Assembly (NCBI GenBank): GCA_964250355.1
Contig: CAXUGD010000001.1
Location: 18,881-82,880, forward strand
Reading direction: 5' to 3'
Source: an uncultured Acetobacteraceae bacterium
GTDB taxonomy: Bacteria; Pseudomonadota; Alphaproteobacteria; Acetobacterales; Acetobacteraceae
Length of the DNA: 64,000 bases
Part shown: piece after piece, positions 30,858 to 41,454 of the stretch
Layout: each line of letters opens with the position of its first letter
Position numbering within the stretch: the first letter of the stretch is position 1
Notes under the pieces: model-generated
Database searches by the model: none
Seen by the model: only the letters and a program-made list of their open reading frames with translations
Told to the model about the DNA's origin: nothing
Translations under genes and position numbers: made by a program

Positions 30858-32609
30858 ATGAGCCAGTCGCAACAAACGGTAAAGACCCGGAACATGCTCG
30901 GGATGAGGGTCCTCTGGGATGTCCCGATCGAGATGGACGATGGCGCCGTTCTGCGCTGCGACCTGTTCCTGCCGGAGAAGGAGGGCCGCTATCCGGCGAT
31001 CGTCACGCTCGGCCCCTATGGCAAGGGCGTCTCGTTTCAGACGGGGTACAAGAACAGCTGGGACGCGATGGTCGCGGCCTACCCGGACATCGCGGAAGGA
31101 TCGACCTGCACCTTCCAGAACTGGGAACTCGTCGACCCGGAGAAGTGGGTGCCCGAAGGCTATGCCTGCGTCAGGGTCGACGGGCGCGGCTCGGGACGCA
31201 GCCCGGGCAAGCTAGACCTGCTCTCCCCACGCGAGATCAGGGACTATCACGACTGCATCGAGTGGACGGCGGCCCAGCCCTGGAGCGACGGCAAGGTCGG
31301 GATCAACGGCATCTCCTACTACGCCATCAACCAGTGGCTCGTGGCCGCGCAGCAGCCGCCGCACCTAACCGCGATCTGCGTATGGGAGGGCGCGGCCGAC
31401 TGGTATCGCGACTGGAGCCGGCACGGCGGCATCCTGAGCCAGTTCGACGACCCTTGGTTCGACGGTCAGGTCGCCTCCGTCCAGCACGGCGTCGGCGATC
31501 GCGGCCCCAAGGCTCCGGTCACGAACGAGCCGGTCGCCGGGCCGGAAACGCTGTCGGCCGAGGCGCTCGACGCAAACCGCGTTGCACCGCACGACGAGGA
31601 GCTCGCGCGACCGCTCGACGATCGCTACTACCGCGAACGCACGGCGGACTTCTCGAAGATCACGATTCCGCTGCTCTCCGCCGCGAACTGGGGCGGCATG
31701 GGCTGCCACACGCGCGGCAATTTCGAGGGCTACCTCGCCGCCGCGTCCAGCGAGAAGTGGCTGTCGGCGCACGGCAACACGCACTTCGCCCCGTTCTACC
31801 GGACCGCGGGAATCACGCTCCAGAAGCGTTTCTTCGGCCATTTCCTCAAGGGCGAGGATACCGGATGGGACCGGCAGCCGCCGGTGGAGCTCGACATTCG
31901 CCGGCCCGGGGAGGACTTCACGGCCCGGGCCGAGCAGGAGTGGCCGCTGGCCCGTACCCGGTGGACCCGCTATCATCTCGATTTGCGGCAGCACCTCCTC
32001 GTCGAGGATCCGATCATCGGCGAAGCGGTCGCGTTCGACGCCATGGGCGACGGCCTGACCTTCTCCCTGCCGGTCGCGGACGAGGACGTCGAGATCACCG
32101 GTCCGATCGCGGCGCGTCTGTTCGTCTCGTCGGACACGACTGACGCCGACCTGTTCCTCGCGCTTCGCCTGTTCGATCCCGAGGACAAGGAGGTGCTGTT
32201 CATCGGGACCAACGACCCCAAGGTTCCAGTCGGGCTCGGTTGGCTGCGGGCGTCCCAGCGCAAGATCGACCCCGAGCGGAGCCTACCGCACCGGCCCTAT
32301 CACACGCACGACGAGGTCCAGCCGCTCGTGCCCGGCGAGCCCGTCGAGCTGCAGATCGAGATATGGCCGACGTGCATCGTAGTGCCGCGCGACTATCGGC
32401 TGGCGCTCAACGTGCGGGGGTGCGACTTCAACCACGGACAAGGCGACGCCAGGAGGCCGGGCGACCTGTTCACCCAGACTGGCGTGGGTCCGTTCTCCCA
32501 CGCCGACGAGAAGGATCGTCCGCCGAGCGTGTTCGGGGGCAAGTACCGGCTGCATTCCGAGCCAGGCAAGGAACCCTGGCTCCTGCTGCCGATCATCCCC
32601 GAAGCTTGA
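30858..32609 (+). CDS. CocE/NonD-family serine hydrolase
   Basis: GPYGKG, DGRGSGRSPG, GISYY nucleophile elbow, C-terminal jelly-roll. Confidence 0.9.
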   Translation: MSQSQQTVKTRNMLGMRVLWDVPIEMDDGAVLRCDLFLPEKEGRYPAIVTLGPYGKGVSFQTGYKNSWDAMVAAYPDIAEGSTCTFQNWELVDPEKWVPEGYACVRVDGRGSGRSPGKLDLLSPREIRDYHDCIEWTAAQPWSDGKVGINGISYYAINQWLVAAQQPPHLTAICVWEGAADWYRDWSRHGGILSQFDDPWFDGQVASVQHGVGDRGPKAPVTNEPVAGPETLSAEALDANRVAPHDEELARPLDDRYYRERTADFSKITIPLLSAANWGGMGCHTRGNFEGYLAAASSEKWLSAHGNTHFAPFYRTAGITLQKRFFGHFLKGEDTGWDRQPPVELDIRRPGEDFTARAEQEWPLARTRWTRYHLDLRQHLLVEDPIIGEAVAFDAMGDGLTFSLPVADEDVEITGPIAARLFVSSDTTDADLFLALRLFDPEDKEVLFIGTNDPKVPVGLGWLRASQRKIDPERSLPHRPYHTHDEVQPLVPGEPVELQIEIWPTCIVVPRDYRLALNVRGCDFNHGQGDARRPGDLFTQTGVGPFSHADEKDRPPSVFGGKYRLHSEPGKEPWLLLPIIPEA

Positions 32610-32845
32610 GGGCGCTCCTTCAACTCCAGGGTGAGTATCCGGCGTTCATTCGGCGGCTTTCTGGGCCGCAGTCACGGCGTATTCAATTGGCGTCAACCAG
32701 CCGAGCGACGAGCGCGACCGCTGCTCGTTCTTGCGTATGCTGCTCGCAGGCTTTGGGCTAGATTATAAGGACCGACACAAACCCCTTTTGAGACGGATCA
32801 AATCGGCAGCCCGGCTGGCGCATTTCGTCGGTCAGCTCGCTGGCG

Positions 32846-33748
32846 TTAAATCGCGGACGCCACGACGTCGATGAACGCGCGTACTTTAGGTGCCAAGTGT
32901 CTGCCGGACGGGAACAGGACTGAGATCGGCGGTCCTTGGACTGCATATTCGCCCAGCACCTGGATCAACGCGCCTGACCGAAGGTGGGTGTCAGCCATGT
33001 AGTCGTGCAGCTGGACCACTGCCACTCCGGCTAGCGCCGCGTCGACGATGGCGTCGTTGCTGCCGAACCCGAGGGTGCCCGGAACCGCTATGTCGAACGA
33101 CGCGCCGTCCCCGGGCGCCGCGAAATGCCAGTCGGCTTGGCCGGTGCCATCATGCGCCACGCGGCGGATGCAATCGTGCTGGGCGAGATCATCGGGCGTA
33201 GCGGGCGCGCCACGTCTCTCGATATAGGCAGGTGACGCGCAGCAGATGTAGCGAATGGCCCCCACGCGGCGCACCATCAGACGGAGGTCGTTGGGCACTC
33301 CTATACGCACCACCGCGTCGAGCCGGGCAGCGATCGGGTCGGTCAAAGTGTCACTGAACGATGCTTCGACGCGCAGGTCGGGATGGTCCGCGGTCAAACG
33401 GCTGAGCGCCGGCACGATCCGCAGGCGGCCAAGGGCCACCGGCACCTCGATGCGGAGCAGACCGGTGGGCCGAGCCGCGCGATTGCGCATCTCGCGCTCC
33501 GCTTCCTCGAACTCTAACAAGATCGCGGCGCATCGCGCTCGAAATGCGGCGCCGTCCTCCGTCAGGACGAGGGACCGGGTGGTACGCTGGAACAATCGAA
33601 GGCCGAGCCGCTCCTCCAGCCGCATCACGCTCTTGCTGACTGCCGAAGCCGAGATGCCGAGCGCTCGGCCGGCAGCCGCGAAGCTTCCCGTGCCCGCCAC
33701 GCGCACGAAGGCGACGATGCTTCCCAACCGATCCGTCGCCACCTCCAT
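32846..33748 (-). CDS. LysR-family regulator
   Basis: GSFAAAGRALGISASAVSK..LFQRTTR. Confidence 0.92.
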   Translation of the reverse strand: MEVATDRLGSIVAFVRVAGTGSFAAAGRALGISASAVSKSVMRLEERLGLRLFQRTTRSLVLTEDGAAFRARCAAILLEFEEAEREMRNRAARPTGLLRIEVPVALGRLRIVPALSRLTADHPDLRVEASFSDTLTDPIAARLDAVVRIGVPNDLRLMVRRVGAIRYICCASPAYIERRGAPATPDDLAQHDCIRRVAHDGTGQADWHFAAPGDGASFDIAVPGTLGFGSNDAIVDAALAGVAVVQLHDYMADTHLRSGALIQVLGEYAVQGPPISVLFPSGRHLAPKVRAFIDVVASAI

Positions 33749-33888
33749 CCTCCCTTCGCCGTCATCCTACATTCCGGAACGCAGGGAACGAAAGACCCAA
33801 CCGTGACGCGGCTACAGTGACCGGTTCGACACTCCATCTGGAGGGAACTGGCCGCGGAATGAGCCCGACCGATCTGTTGGAGGTCCAC

Positions 33889-34470
33889 ATGGATAAACTT
33901 CTCACTCCCGCGTCTGCCCTCTCGCGGCGAACCTTGATTGCAGGAACGGCGATCGGCGCCGTCGGGCTGATTGCCGGGATCGCAGACGCACAATCGCTCA
34001 AAGCCGGCCAGCGTCGCGTCGAAGGCGGCAACTCGAACATCACTCTCGAGATATACAAGGGCATAGCGTTGGACGAACTCGATCGTTGGGACGCGGTGTT
34101 TCATCCTGACGTGAAGGCCAACAGTCCGGCGGGTCGGAATATCAACGGTCTACAGACACTCAAGCGATTTCAAAAGTCGTTCGGTACGGCTTTCAGGCCC
34201 AGGGTTGATCTCGTCGACCATTACGTTTTGGGTAACCGTGGCTTGCTGACTTTCAACTTGCACTGGAAGCACGATGGCGGACCCTTCAATGGGATCGCGC
34301 CCACCGGGGCCAGCGGAACATCGGTTGAGACGGCTCTCCTGCGTATCGAGGACGGTTTGGTCACGCATTGGGACGTCGCCGACAACTCGCTCGACCTTGC
34401 CAATTACCTCCACGACCAGGGCATGAAGCTGCCGACGCTCGTCGAGCCGCCCGCGCTGATCAAGGGTTGA
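33889..34470 (+). CDS. Ester cyclase/SnoaL-like protein with twin-arginine leader
   Basis: SRRTLI..ADA leader; H.GPFNGIAPTG motif. Confidence 0.75.
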   Translation: MDKLLTPASALSRRTLIAGTAIGAVGLIAGIADAQSLKAGQRRVEGGNSNITLEIYKGIALDELDRWDAVFHPDVKANSPAGRNINGLQTLKRFQKSFGTAFRPRVDLVDHYVLGNRGLLTFNLHWKHDGGPFNGIAPTGASGTSVETALLRIEDGLVTHWDVADNSLDLANYLHDQGMKLPTLVEPPALIKG

Positions 34471-34564
34471 GCGACGGGCGGCCGCGCACGACCGGGCTGC
34501 CTCGCCACCTCCGGACACCAGCCGAGCCGACCGCTCCGCTCATCACCGCTTGATAGGAGGCATA

Positions 34565-35338
34565 ATGGCCGACGATCTCGATGACACGACCCACCCCGGA
34601 AGGCCGTCCTACGACCTGACGGGCAAGCGGGTGGTCGTGGTCGGGGGCAAGGTCGGAATCGGGCTCGGGATCGCACAGGCCGCCCATGGCGCGGGAGCCA
34701 CGGTGACGGTCGCCAGCAGGCGATCAGTCATTCCTGACCACCTCCCCGAGCTGGCGCCCTTCGTGCAACTCGACCTCGATATCAGCGACGAAGCGGCCAT
34801 CCGCGCAACCTTCCAACAGATCGGGGCGCTGGACCACCTCGTTGTAGCGGCGGGCCCGACAGTCGAGAGTTCCGGGGCCTTCCTGGACCAGGACATGCGA
34901 GGCGTGCGCAGCTTTGTGGGCACGAAGTTCCTCGGTTCCTGGGCCTGCGCCCGCCATGCCGTCGACCATTTGGCCGCCGACGGCTCCATCACGTTCCTCA
35001 CCGGGGGCTCGGCCGCGCGCTCCAAGATTGGCCTGACCGCGATCACGTCAGCCTATTCCGCCGTGGAGGCGCTGGCACGTTCGCTCGCCTTGGAGCTCGG
35101 CCCGATCCGGGTGAACACTCTTCGCCCAGGCTTCATCGACACCAGCATGTGGGACTTTCTTTCAGGGGCAGAGGTGGCGGCTTTACGCGAGCGGGTACGG
35201 GAACGGTTCCCCACGCGCCGGCTCGGCACGCCCGCGGACGTCGGACACGCCGCCGTCTTCCTGATGGCCAACCCGTACGTCACCGGCACCGCGATCGAGA
35301 TCACCGGGGGTGAACACCTCGTCGATTGGCTGTTCTGA
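34565..35338 (+). CDS. SDR oxidoreductase (atypical)
   Basis: VGGKVGIG, RVNTLRPGFIDT, NPYVTG. Confidence 0.85.
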   Translation: MADDLDDTTHPGRPSYDLTGKRVVVVGGKVGIGLGIAQAAHGAGATVTVASRRSVIPDHLPELAPFVQLDLDISDEAAIRATFQQIGALDHLVVAAGPTVESSGAFLDQDMRGVRSFVGTKFLGSWACARHAVDHLAADGSITFLTGGSAARSKIGLTAITSAYSAVEALARSLALELGPIRVNTLRPGFIDTSMWDFLSGAEVAALRERVRERFPTRRLGTPADVGHAAVFLMANPYVTGTAIEITGGEHLVDWLF

Positions 35339-35399
35339 TGATCGTCGATGACTGCGTGGACCACACGGTCCCAAGAACCGCAGAATTGAAGGAGCTTCC

Positions 35400-35999
35400 G
35401 TGACCCACTCGATCATCGGCTTCGGTGCCATCGGCCAGGCTCTTGCCGCCGCTTTCGCCCGCCAAGGCCTTCCGGTCTCCGTTGCCAGCCGCCGGTCGCC
35501 GGAAGCGCATAAAGACAGAGCTGCGGCGATCGGTCCCGAGGTGAACCCCGTTGCGATGGTGACAGCGCTCGAAGCCGACGTGATCCTGCTTGCCGTGCCG
35601 TTCGACGAGCATCGCGCGATCGGCGGCCAACGACCTGACTGGAGCGGCCGGATCATCGTTGATGCCACCAACGCCTATGGCGTCGCTGTCGACGAACTCG
35701 ACGGCCTCCCTTCCTCGGCCGTCGTCGCCAAGGCCTTCCCTGGCGCTCGGCTGGTCAGGGCATTCAACCACCTCCCCGCGGCGACGCTGGCGTCCGATCC
35801 CTCCCTCAACGGAGCGCGTCGCGTCATCTTCTTCGCCGGGGACGACGACGCTGCAAGCGCGTCGGTCGCCACGCTGGTCGATCAGCTCGGCTTCGCCCCT
35901 GTCCCGCTCGGCGCGCTCGCCGGCGGAGGTACTCTGATCCAGGCACGCGGGCGAGAATGGGCACCGCTGGTCTTCCAAGACCTCACCAAGTCACCCTGA
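35400..35999 (+). CDS. NADP oxidoreductase (F420-dependent-like family)
   Basis: IIGFGAIG, LAVP, VDATN, VRAFN. Confidence 0.85.
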   Translation: MTHSIIGFGAIGQALAAAFARQGLPVSVASRRSPEAHKDRAAAIGPEVNPVAMVTALEADVILLAVPFDEHRAIGGQRPDWSGRIIVDATNAYGVAVDELDGLPSSAVVAKAFPGARLVRAFNHLPAATLASDPSLNGARRVIFFAGDDDAASASVATLVDQLGFAPVPLGALAGGGTLIQARGREWAPLVFQDLTKSP

Positions 36000-36011
36000 A
36001 CGGAGTCTGCA

Positions 36012-36824
36012 ATGAACATCGATCTCACCGGCCGCGCCGCAGTCGTCACCGGATCCACTGCCGGGATCGGCCTTGCGACCGCGGAGGAGTTGGCTCGTGC
36101 CGGCGCCACCGTCGTGGTGAACGGGCGTGCCGAAGAACGCGTCGCCGCTGCCGTGCAACGGATCCGCAACGCCGTGCCCGGCAGCTCGGTCTCCGGGGTA
36201 GCCGCCGACATGGCGACGGCCGAGGGCTTGTCGGTCCTCGCCGGGCACGCGCCGGAGGCGGACATCCTCGTCAACAACGTCGGCACTGCCCATTTGCGTG
36301 AGTACAACGGCCTTGAGGACATCACCTCCATTTCCGACGACGAGTGGCTGTCGCTTTTCCAGTTAAACGTCATGAGCGGAGTCCGCGCGAGCCGGCACTA
36401 CCTTCCGCGGATGGTGGCCCGCGGCTGGGGTCGAGTGGTGTTCGTGTCCAGCGAGTCGGGGGTGAACATTCCCAAGGAGATGCTGGACTACGGGATGACC
36501 AAGACGGCGCAGCTCGCCATCTCGCGTGGGCTCGCCGAAGCCGTGGCTGAGACCGGCGTCACCGTGAACGCGGTGCTCCCCGGACCGACCCGGTCGGAGA
36601 TCATGGGCAACTACACCGCCAACGCTGCCAAGAAGGATGGCATCACCCAGGAAGAGGCGGAGCGGCGTTTCATCAAGCAGATGAGGCCGACGAGTTTGCT
36701 CGGCCGTGTTGCGATGCCTCAGGAAGTCGCGAACATGATCGTGTATGTCTGCTCGGAGCAGGCGTCTGCGACGAGCGGAGCGGCGCTGCGAGTAGACGGG
36801 GGCGTGGTGCGCCACGTCGCTTAG
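36012..36824 (+). CDS. SDR oxidoreductase
   Basis: TGSTAGIG, NNVG, YGMTK. Confidence 0.92.
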   Translation: MNIDLTGRAAVVTGSTAGIGLATAEELARAGATVVVNGRAEERVAAAVQRIRNAVPGSSVSGVAADMATAEGLSVLAGHAPEADILVNNVGTAHLREYNGLEDITSISDDEWLSLFQLNVMSGVRASRHYLPRMVARGWGRVVFVSSESGVNIPKEMLDYGMTKTAQLAISRGLAEAVAETGVTVNAVLPGPTRSEIMGNYTANAAKKDGITQEEAERRFIKQMRPTSLLGRVAMPQEVANMIVYVCSEQASATSGAALRVDGGVVRHVA

Positions 36825-37059
36825 CGGCAGCGGCCTGCAATGATGATCGGCCCCGCGAGTGTGACGCCGTGGGTGAAGTGCGGCTTCAGCCAGGAGACGG
36901 AGCGAGCGCCGGGCACCAGCAACCGGCCCCGTACGCGCTACACCGTCGGTCGGGAGGCGGCGATCATCGTCCGTCTGACTAGGTGCTCTTGGACCGAAGC
37001 CTGGACAGCCGTGCCGCACAGCGCGCCGATGACCGCGCGCGTCGCCGCCTCAAGCGCCA

Positions 37060-37558
37060 TCAACTCATAATGTGGCGATGAACCACCAAGCGACGCCCGC
37101 CCACGCAAACCTCCTCTTCCGGCACCGCACCAAGCCGGTCGGCCACGCGAATGGAGGCGCTATTGGCGGGGTCTATGCAACTCACCACCGTCGTCCAGCC
37201 AAGGTCATCGCGCGCGTAATCGCGGATGCGGCGGGCGGCTTCGGTCGCAAAGCCCTTCCCGGTCGCGTCGTTCATAATAAGCCAGTGAATCTCCGGCTCA
37301 GGCCAGCCTTCGGGAAAACCAGAGGCCTGCCTGCCCAACAAACAAGCCCGCCGCACGTTCCTCGAGCGCCCAGACGCCGTAACCGCGCAGAACGCAATGC
37401 CCGGCATACATCGCCATCCGCCGCCAGGTATCGGCGCGAGAGCAGGGGCCGCCGACAAAGCGTGCGGCATCCGAAGCCCAGAACGCGGCATAACGGTCGA
37501 GGTCACCGTCCTTGATTGACCGAAAAATCAGGCGATCAGATTCGAGTTTAGGTAACAC
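37060..37558 (-). pseudogene. GNAT (RimJ/RimL-like) acetyltransferase, frameshift in a T-run near 37316
   Basis: LESDRLIFR..GYGVWALEE..GQAGLW then (F)PEGWPEPEI..GKGFATEAA..NSASIRVADRLG. Confidence 0.8.
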
Positions 37559-37872
37559 GACAGCCTACAACGAGTTCGAGCCTGGCACACACCTTAGTGG
37601 CAATGTCCCTTCCAAGCGAGTTGTCCCGACACGATTTTCGTTGAGGCTGACGGTCAGAGCGGTTTCATTGCCTAGCGAACGATCACTCACCTTGGCACAT
37701 GAGGCGTAAGATGCTGGGTCGTCGCAGGATACCTCCAGAGCGAGGAGGCGCCCAACCAGCCTCGTCTTGCATCCGAGGAGCTACTTACGCCGCCAAAGGC
37801 AATTGCAGCCAATTGACACGCACGCACGCACGCGCTGAATAGCAGCACGCGCAAGCGCGTGCCGCATTCCAT

Positions 37873-39051
37873 TCAGGGCTTGACCGTGAAGACCGAACCC
37901 TGTTGCGCGCTGCTCTCAGATCCGTAATCAACCGTCGTTCCGTATAGCGCCCCACTATAGGACAGCAGTGGCCCAAACGGGGAGTAGCCGGTATTCTGCG
38001 TGAAGCTCGCCACCGTGATCGTGCTCCCGTTCGAGGGATCGATCGTGAAGATCGTTCCCACAAAACCTTGTCCCGGGCCGAATGCGGTCACGCCGTAAAT
38101 GATACCGTTGAGAAGGGTCAGTCCGGCGGAAGGCAGGGCACCGTCATTGCCTGCGGCGGTGAAGGTGTGCAGTTCCTTATAGGCATCGCTGGTTAGGTCG
38201 ATCTTGTACGTGCTACCTGCATGGTCCACGCCCGACGACTGAGTTACACCGAACAGCGCGCCGTCATACGGCAGCAACTGGCCGAGCGGAATCGACCCAC
38301 TGTCGAAGCTGTGTAGTACCGTTTGCCTTCCCGTGACGAGATCGAGCGAATAGACGGTGCCGCCCCCTTTCGTGCCGCAGCCCGCCGTCGTGCCGTAAAG
38401 CGTGCCGTTGACGATCAGGATGCCGGTCGGATTGCATCCGTTGGCTTCGGCCGGGAAACCATAGACGATGGAGAACTTTCCCGTCGGCGTAATCCTGTAT
38501 ATCGCGCCGCGCCCGTTCGGTCCGTTGTAGAAGGCTGTGCCGTAGAGCGCGCCTTTATAGGCGATCAGCGGGTCGTGATACAGGCCCGGCTGTGCGCCGT
38601 CCATGCCGCCAAAATTGTGCAGCGGGGTTTCCTTGTTGGTGGCGGGATCGAAAACGAAGATCGTGCCGTAGCCAAGGTAATTCTGGTTGACGGTTTGCGT
38701 GCCGTTGCCCTCTTGCGTGGCACCGTACAGTTTGTTGCCGAGTCGCGTCAGGCCGGTAACGGGGACGAAACCGTCCTTTGGATTGTTGTTGGCTGGCAGG
38801 TCGAAATTATACAGGTCGTGCTCGGTCCCCGTTTTCGGGTCGACGCTGTAGATCGTGCCGCTCTGGCCGTTCGGCCCCTCCTCGCTGGTTCCGTAGAGCA
38901 AGCCGCCAAACGGGGCCAACGCTCCGGTCGGAAACCCGTCTATTGATGTGAAGGTGTGCAGCGCGGCCACGTTGTTGGCCGTCGCAGCCGTTGATAGAGG
39001 GGTGAACAAGATCAAGGCTGCCGGCACGGCCAGCATTTTGCGCTTCGTCAT
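37873..39051 (-). CDS. Secreted GloVer tandem repeat protein
   Basis: Signal peptide; repeats LH.F...DG..P...L.....LYGTT....GT(I/V)(Y/F). Confidence 0.85.
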   Translation of the reverse strand: MTKRKMLAVPAALILFTPLSTAATANNVAALHTFTSIDGFPTGALAPFGGLLYGTSEEGPNGQSGTIYSVDPKTGTEHDLYNFDLPANNNPKDGFVPVTGLTRLGNKLYGATQEGNGTQTVNQNYLGYGTIFVFDPATNKETPLHNFGGMDGAQPGLYHDPLIAYKGALYGTAFYNGPNGRGAIYRITPTGKFSIVYGFPAEANGCNPTGILIVNGTLYGTTAGCGTKGGGTVYSLDLVTGRQTVLHSFDSGSIPLGQLLPYDGALFGVTQSSGVDHAGSTYKIDLTSDAYKELHTFTAAGNDGALPSAGLTLLNGIIYGVTAFGPGQGFVGTIFTIDPSNGSTITVASFTQNTGYSPFGPLLSYSGALYGTTVDYGSESSAQQGSVFTVKP

Positions 39052-39369
39052 GTGCTTCTTCTCCCACGTTTTGAACGGACGGTAGTTACGCCTTCAAAGA
39101 CGCGTTGGTGATGTGGTTATTCCCACCCTCTCCGAAAAAAGTTCAGCTTTTGGCGACGCGATAAGAAAGTTTCAGCCGGGTTCCGCAATCAGGGCTTTCG
39201 TTGGTAGCATACGTCGCCGTCCTATCAGTCTGGTTCAGTGAATTGTGAACCATGCACCAGATACGTCAGACCCGACGCACTCTTATGGGCGGCTCGCAAA
39301 TTCTCTCCGGTGATTGCCCGTGGACACGACCAAGGCAGGCAGCCGCCTGACAAGCCAACCGCCCATGTC

Positions 39370-40530
39370 TTAGGGCTGAAACTTGAAAATCAGGCCACAG
39401 CCGGAACGGCCGCAGTTCTGCGTCGTCCCGCCAAACGCCGCCGTGCCATACAGCGTGGAATTGATCTGAGCCAGTTCGGCATTCGGGTCGCTCCCGTTGA
39501 GCTTGCCCTTGAAACTGTAAATCGTTTGCTCCGCGCCAGTGGTCGGATCGATCGTGTAGATCACACCACCAGCGCCGCCTATACCGCCCGTCGTTGTGGT
39601 TCCATACAAGAGGCCGCCATGAGGCAGCAAGGCAGATTGAGGTCCGGCTCCGTCGTTGCCTCCGGTGAAGCTGTAGATGACTGTTTCGGCGCCAGAGGAG
39701 CGGTCGACCTTGAACACCGTGCCCGCACCATACGCTCCGCCCGCGTAGGTCGTGCCATATAAGAAGTTGCCAATTTGGGTTAGGCCGTTCGGTTGCTGAC
39801 CATCGCCCTGCGAGCCGAACTCGTGAATAACGTGCTCGGCGCCTGTCGTGGGGTCGAAGGCGTAAAGCGTTCCACCACCGTGCATGCCGCCGCCGGCGGT
39901 CGTGCTGTAGAATACCCCATCGACGAGTGTAAGCGCTGCCTGGGGATTGGCGCCCTCATGGCCGCCAGCGAACCGGTAGACGATCGTCTCGCCGCCGCTG
40001 ACAGGATCGATCGAATAGATAGTGCCGAAATTGTTGGGCGAGCCGCCCTGGTATGTGGTGCCATAGAGAAGGCTGCCAGCCTGGACAAGCGGCGCCTCGG
40101 GACTGGCGCCATCGCGCCCATGGGCGAAGCGGTATAGCACCCGCTCGACCCCCGTCTTGCCATCGACGCTGAACACAACTCCGTCGCCGGCGGCATCCCC
40201 ACCCATGGACGTCGTGCCGATCAGTGCGCCATTCACCGCGATCAACGGCGAGCCCTGCCAGGGTAGAGCGCCATCACTGCCACCCTTGAAGCCATAGAGC
40301 ACTTTCGCTCGGCCGTTCAGAAGATCGACTTCGAATACTACACCGTCCGTGTTCGGCGCGGGACCGGTCGTAGCAGTGCCAAACACCGTGTTTCCGACCT
40401 GTATCAGGGGTGATTTAAACGCTTGGCCGATGTTCTGCGTTGCGACGATTTTGATACTGGCCGCCTGGGCGTCGCAGCTCAGTGCAACGCCGCCAGCAAC
40501 AGTGCTTGCCAAACATAGCTGTCTTAACAT
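39370..40530 (-). CDS. Secreted GloVer tandem repeat protein
   Basis: Signal peptide (..AQA|); repeats (L/I)Y.F.GG.DGA.P...L..LYGTT..GG; C-terminal CG..GCG. Confidence 0.85.
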   Translation of the reverse strand: MLRQLCLASTVAGGVALSCDAQAASIKIVATQNIGQAFKSPLIQVGNTVFGTATTGPAPNTDGVVFEVDLLNGRAKVLYGFKGGSDGALPWQGSPLIAVNGALIGTTSMGGDAAGDGVVFSVDGKTGVERVLYRFAHGRDGASPEAPLVQAGSLLYGTTYQGGSPNNFGTIYSIDPVSGGETIVYRFAGGHEGANPQAALTLVDGVFYSTTAGGGMHGGGTLYAFDPTTGAEHVIHEFGSQGDGQQPNGLTQIGNFLYGTTYAGGAYGAGTVFKVDRSSGAETVIYSFTGGNDGAGPQSALLPHGGLLYGTTTTGGIGGAGGVIYTIDPTTGAEQTIYSFKGKLNGSDPNAELAQINSTLYGTAAFGGTTQNCGRSGCGLIFKFQP

Positions 40531-40850
40531 TGCTCGTGTCCATCCAGGATTTGCAGCATCCGCAACATAGCCCGCATCGGAAAGTTTCGGCACCCAAGAA
40601 TTTCACACAACATTCAGCGTGCGCGGGCCGGACACCATCGTGTCGAACCTAGTATTGTAAATGTCGGCAAGATTACCATTCCAATCACAGCCGTCGAACA
40701 CGCCGCACGCGCGCTGTTCGCTGGTATGAGTTTGCAGCGCGGTTGGTCGGTGATGCTTCGTCGGTTACCACGCTGGTTGCTACCCGGTTTTGGACCAGTG
40801 TGCACGTTCGGATGTCCAGGCCTGGTGAGGCGGCCCTACTCGTCCAGCTT

Positions 40851-41438
40851 TCAACCGGCATCTGAGCCTTCACCCGAGTTCGGTATGACGGGCAACAGCA
40901 GATAAGGCTCCCTGCCTGCTTTGAAGTGCAGGCGGTTCTTGCCGCCGAAGATTTCTGCCGGCCGGTCCTTCGGTTCCGCATGGAGAAACGGCCCGACCCC
41001 GGTTATCGCGAAGAGGTCACCCGGTTGTCTGACGTCGCCGAGTCCATGGTTGAAATCGTTGCCGCGGATGTTCAACGCCAGCCGGTAACCGGCCGGGACG
41101 ACAATGCAGGTGGGCACGATCTCGATTTGCAGCTCGACGGGCTCGCCGGGCACCAGCGGCCAAACCTCGTCGTGCGTGTGGTACGGGCGGTAAGGCAAGC
41201 TGCGCGCGGGGTCCAGCTTGCGCTGGGAGGCGCGCAGCCAGCCAAGCGCGATGCAGACCTGTGGATCGTTGGTGCCGATTAACAGCACCTCGGCCCCGCT
41301 CGGATCGAACAATCGTAGCGCCAGGAACAGGTCGGCGTCGGCACTCTCGGACGAGACGAACAGCCGTGCCGCCACCGGGCCGGTGACCTCGACGTCCTGG
41401 TCCAACACCGGCAGGGAGAAGGTGAGACCCTCGCCCAA
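40851..41438 (-). pseudogene. 3' fragment of a CocE/NonD hydrolase paralogue, truncated at an IS remnant
   Basis: GLTFSLPV..GWLRASQRKLDP..RPYHTHDEV closely parallels the C-terminus of 30858..32609. Confidence 0.85.
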
Positions 41439-41454
41439 TGGCTGGGATGCGCGT

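Noticed and set aside
37817-37835. Short (gcac)n tandem repeat
   Set aside because: Only about four units, intergenic, no evidence of a phase-variation role
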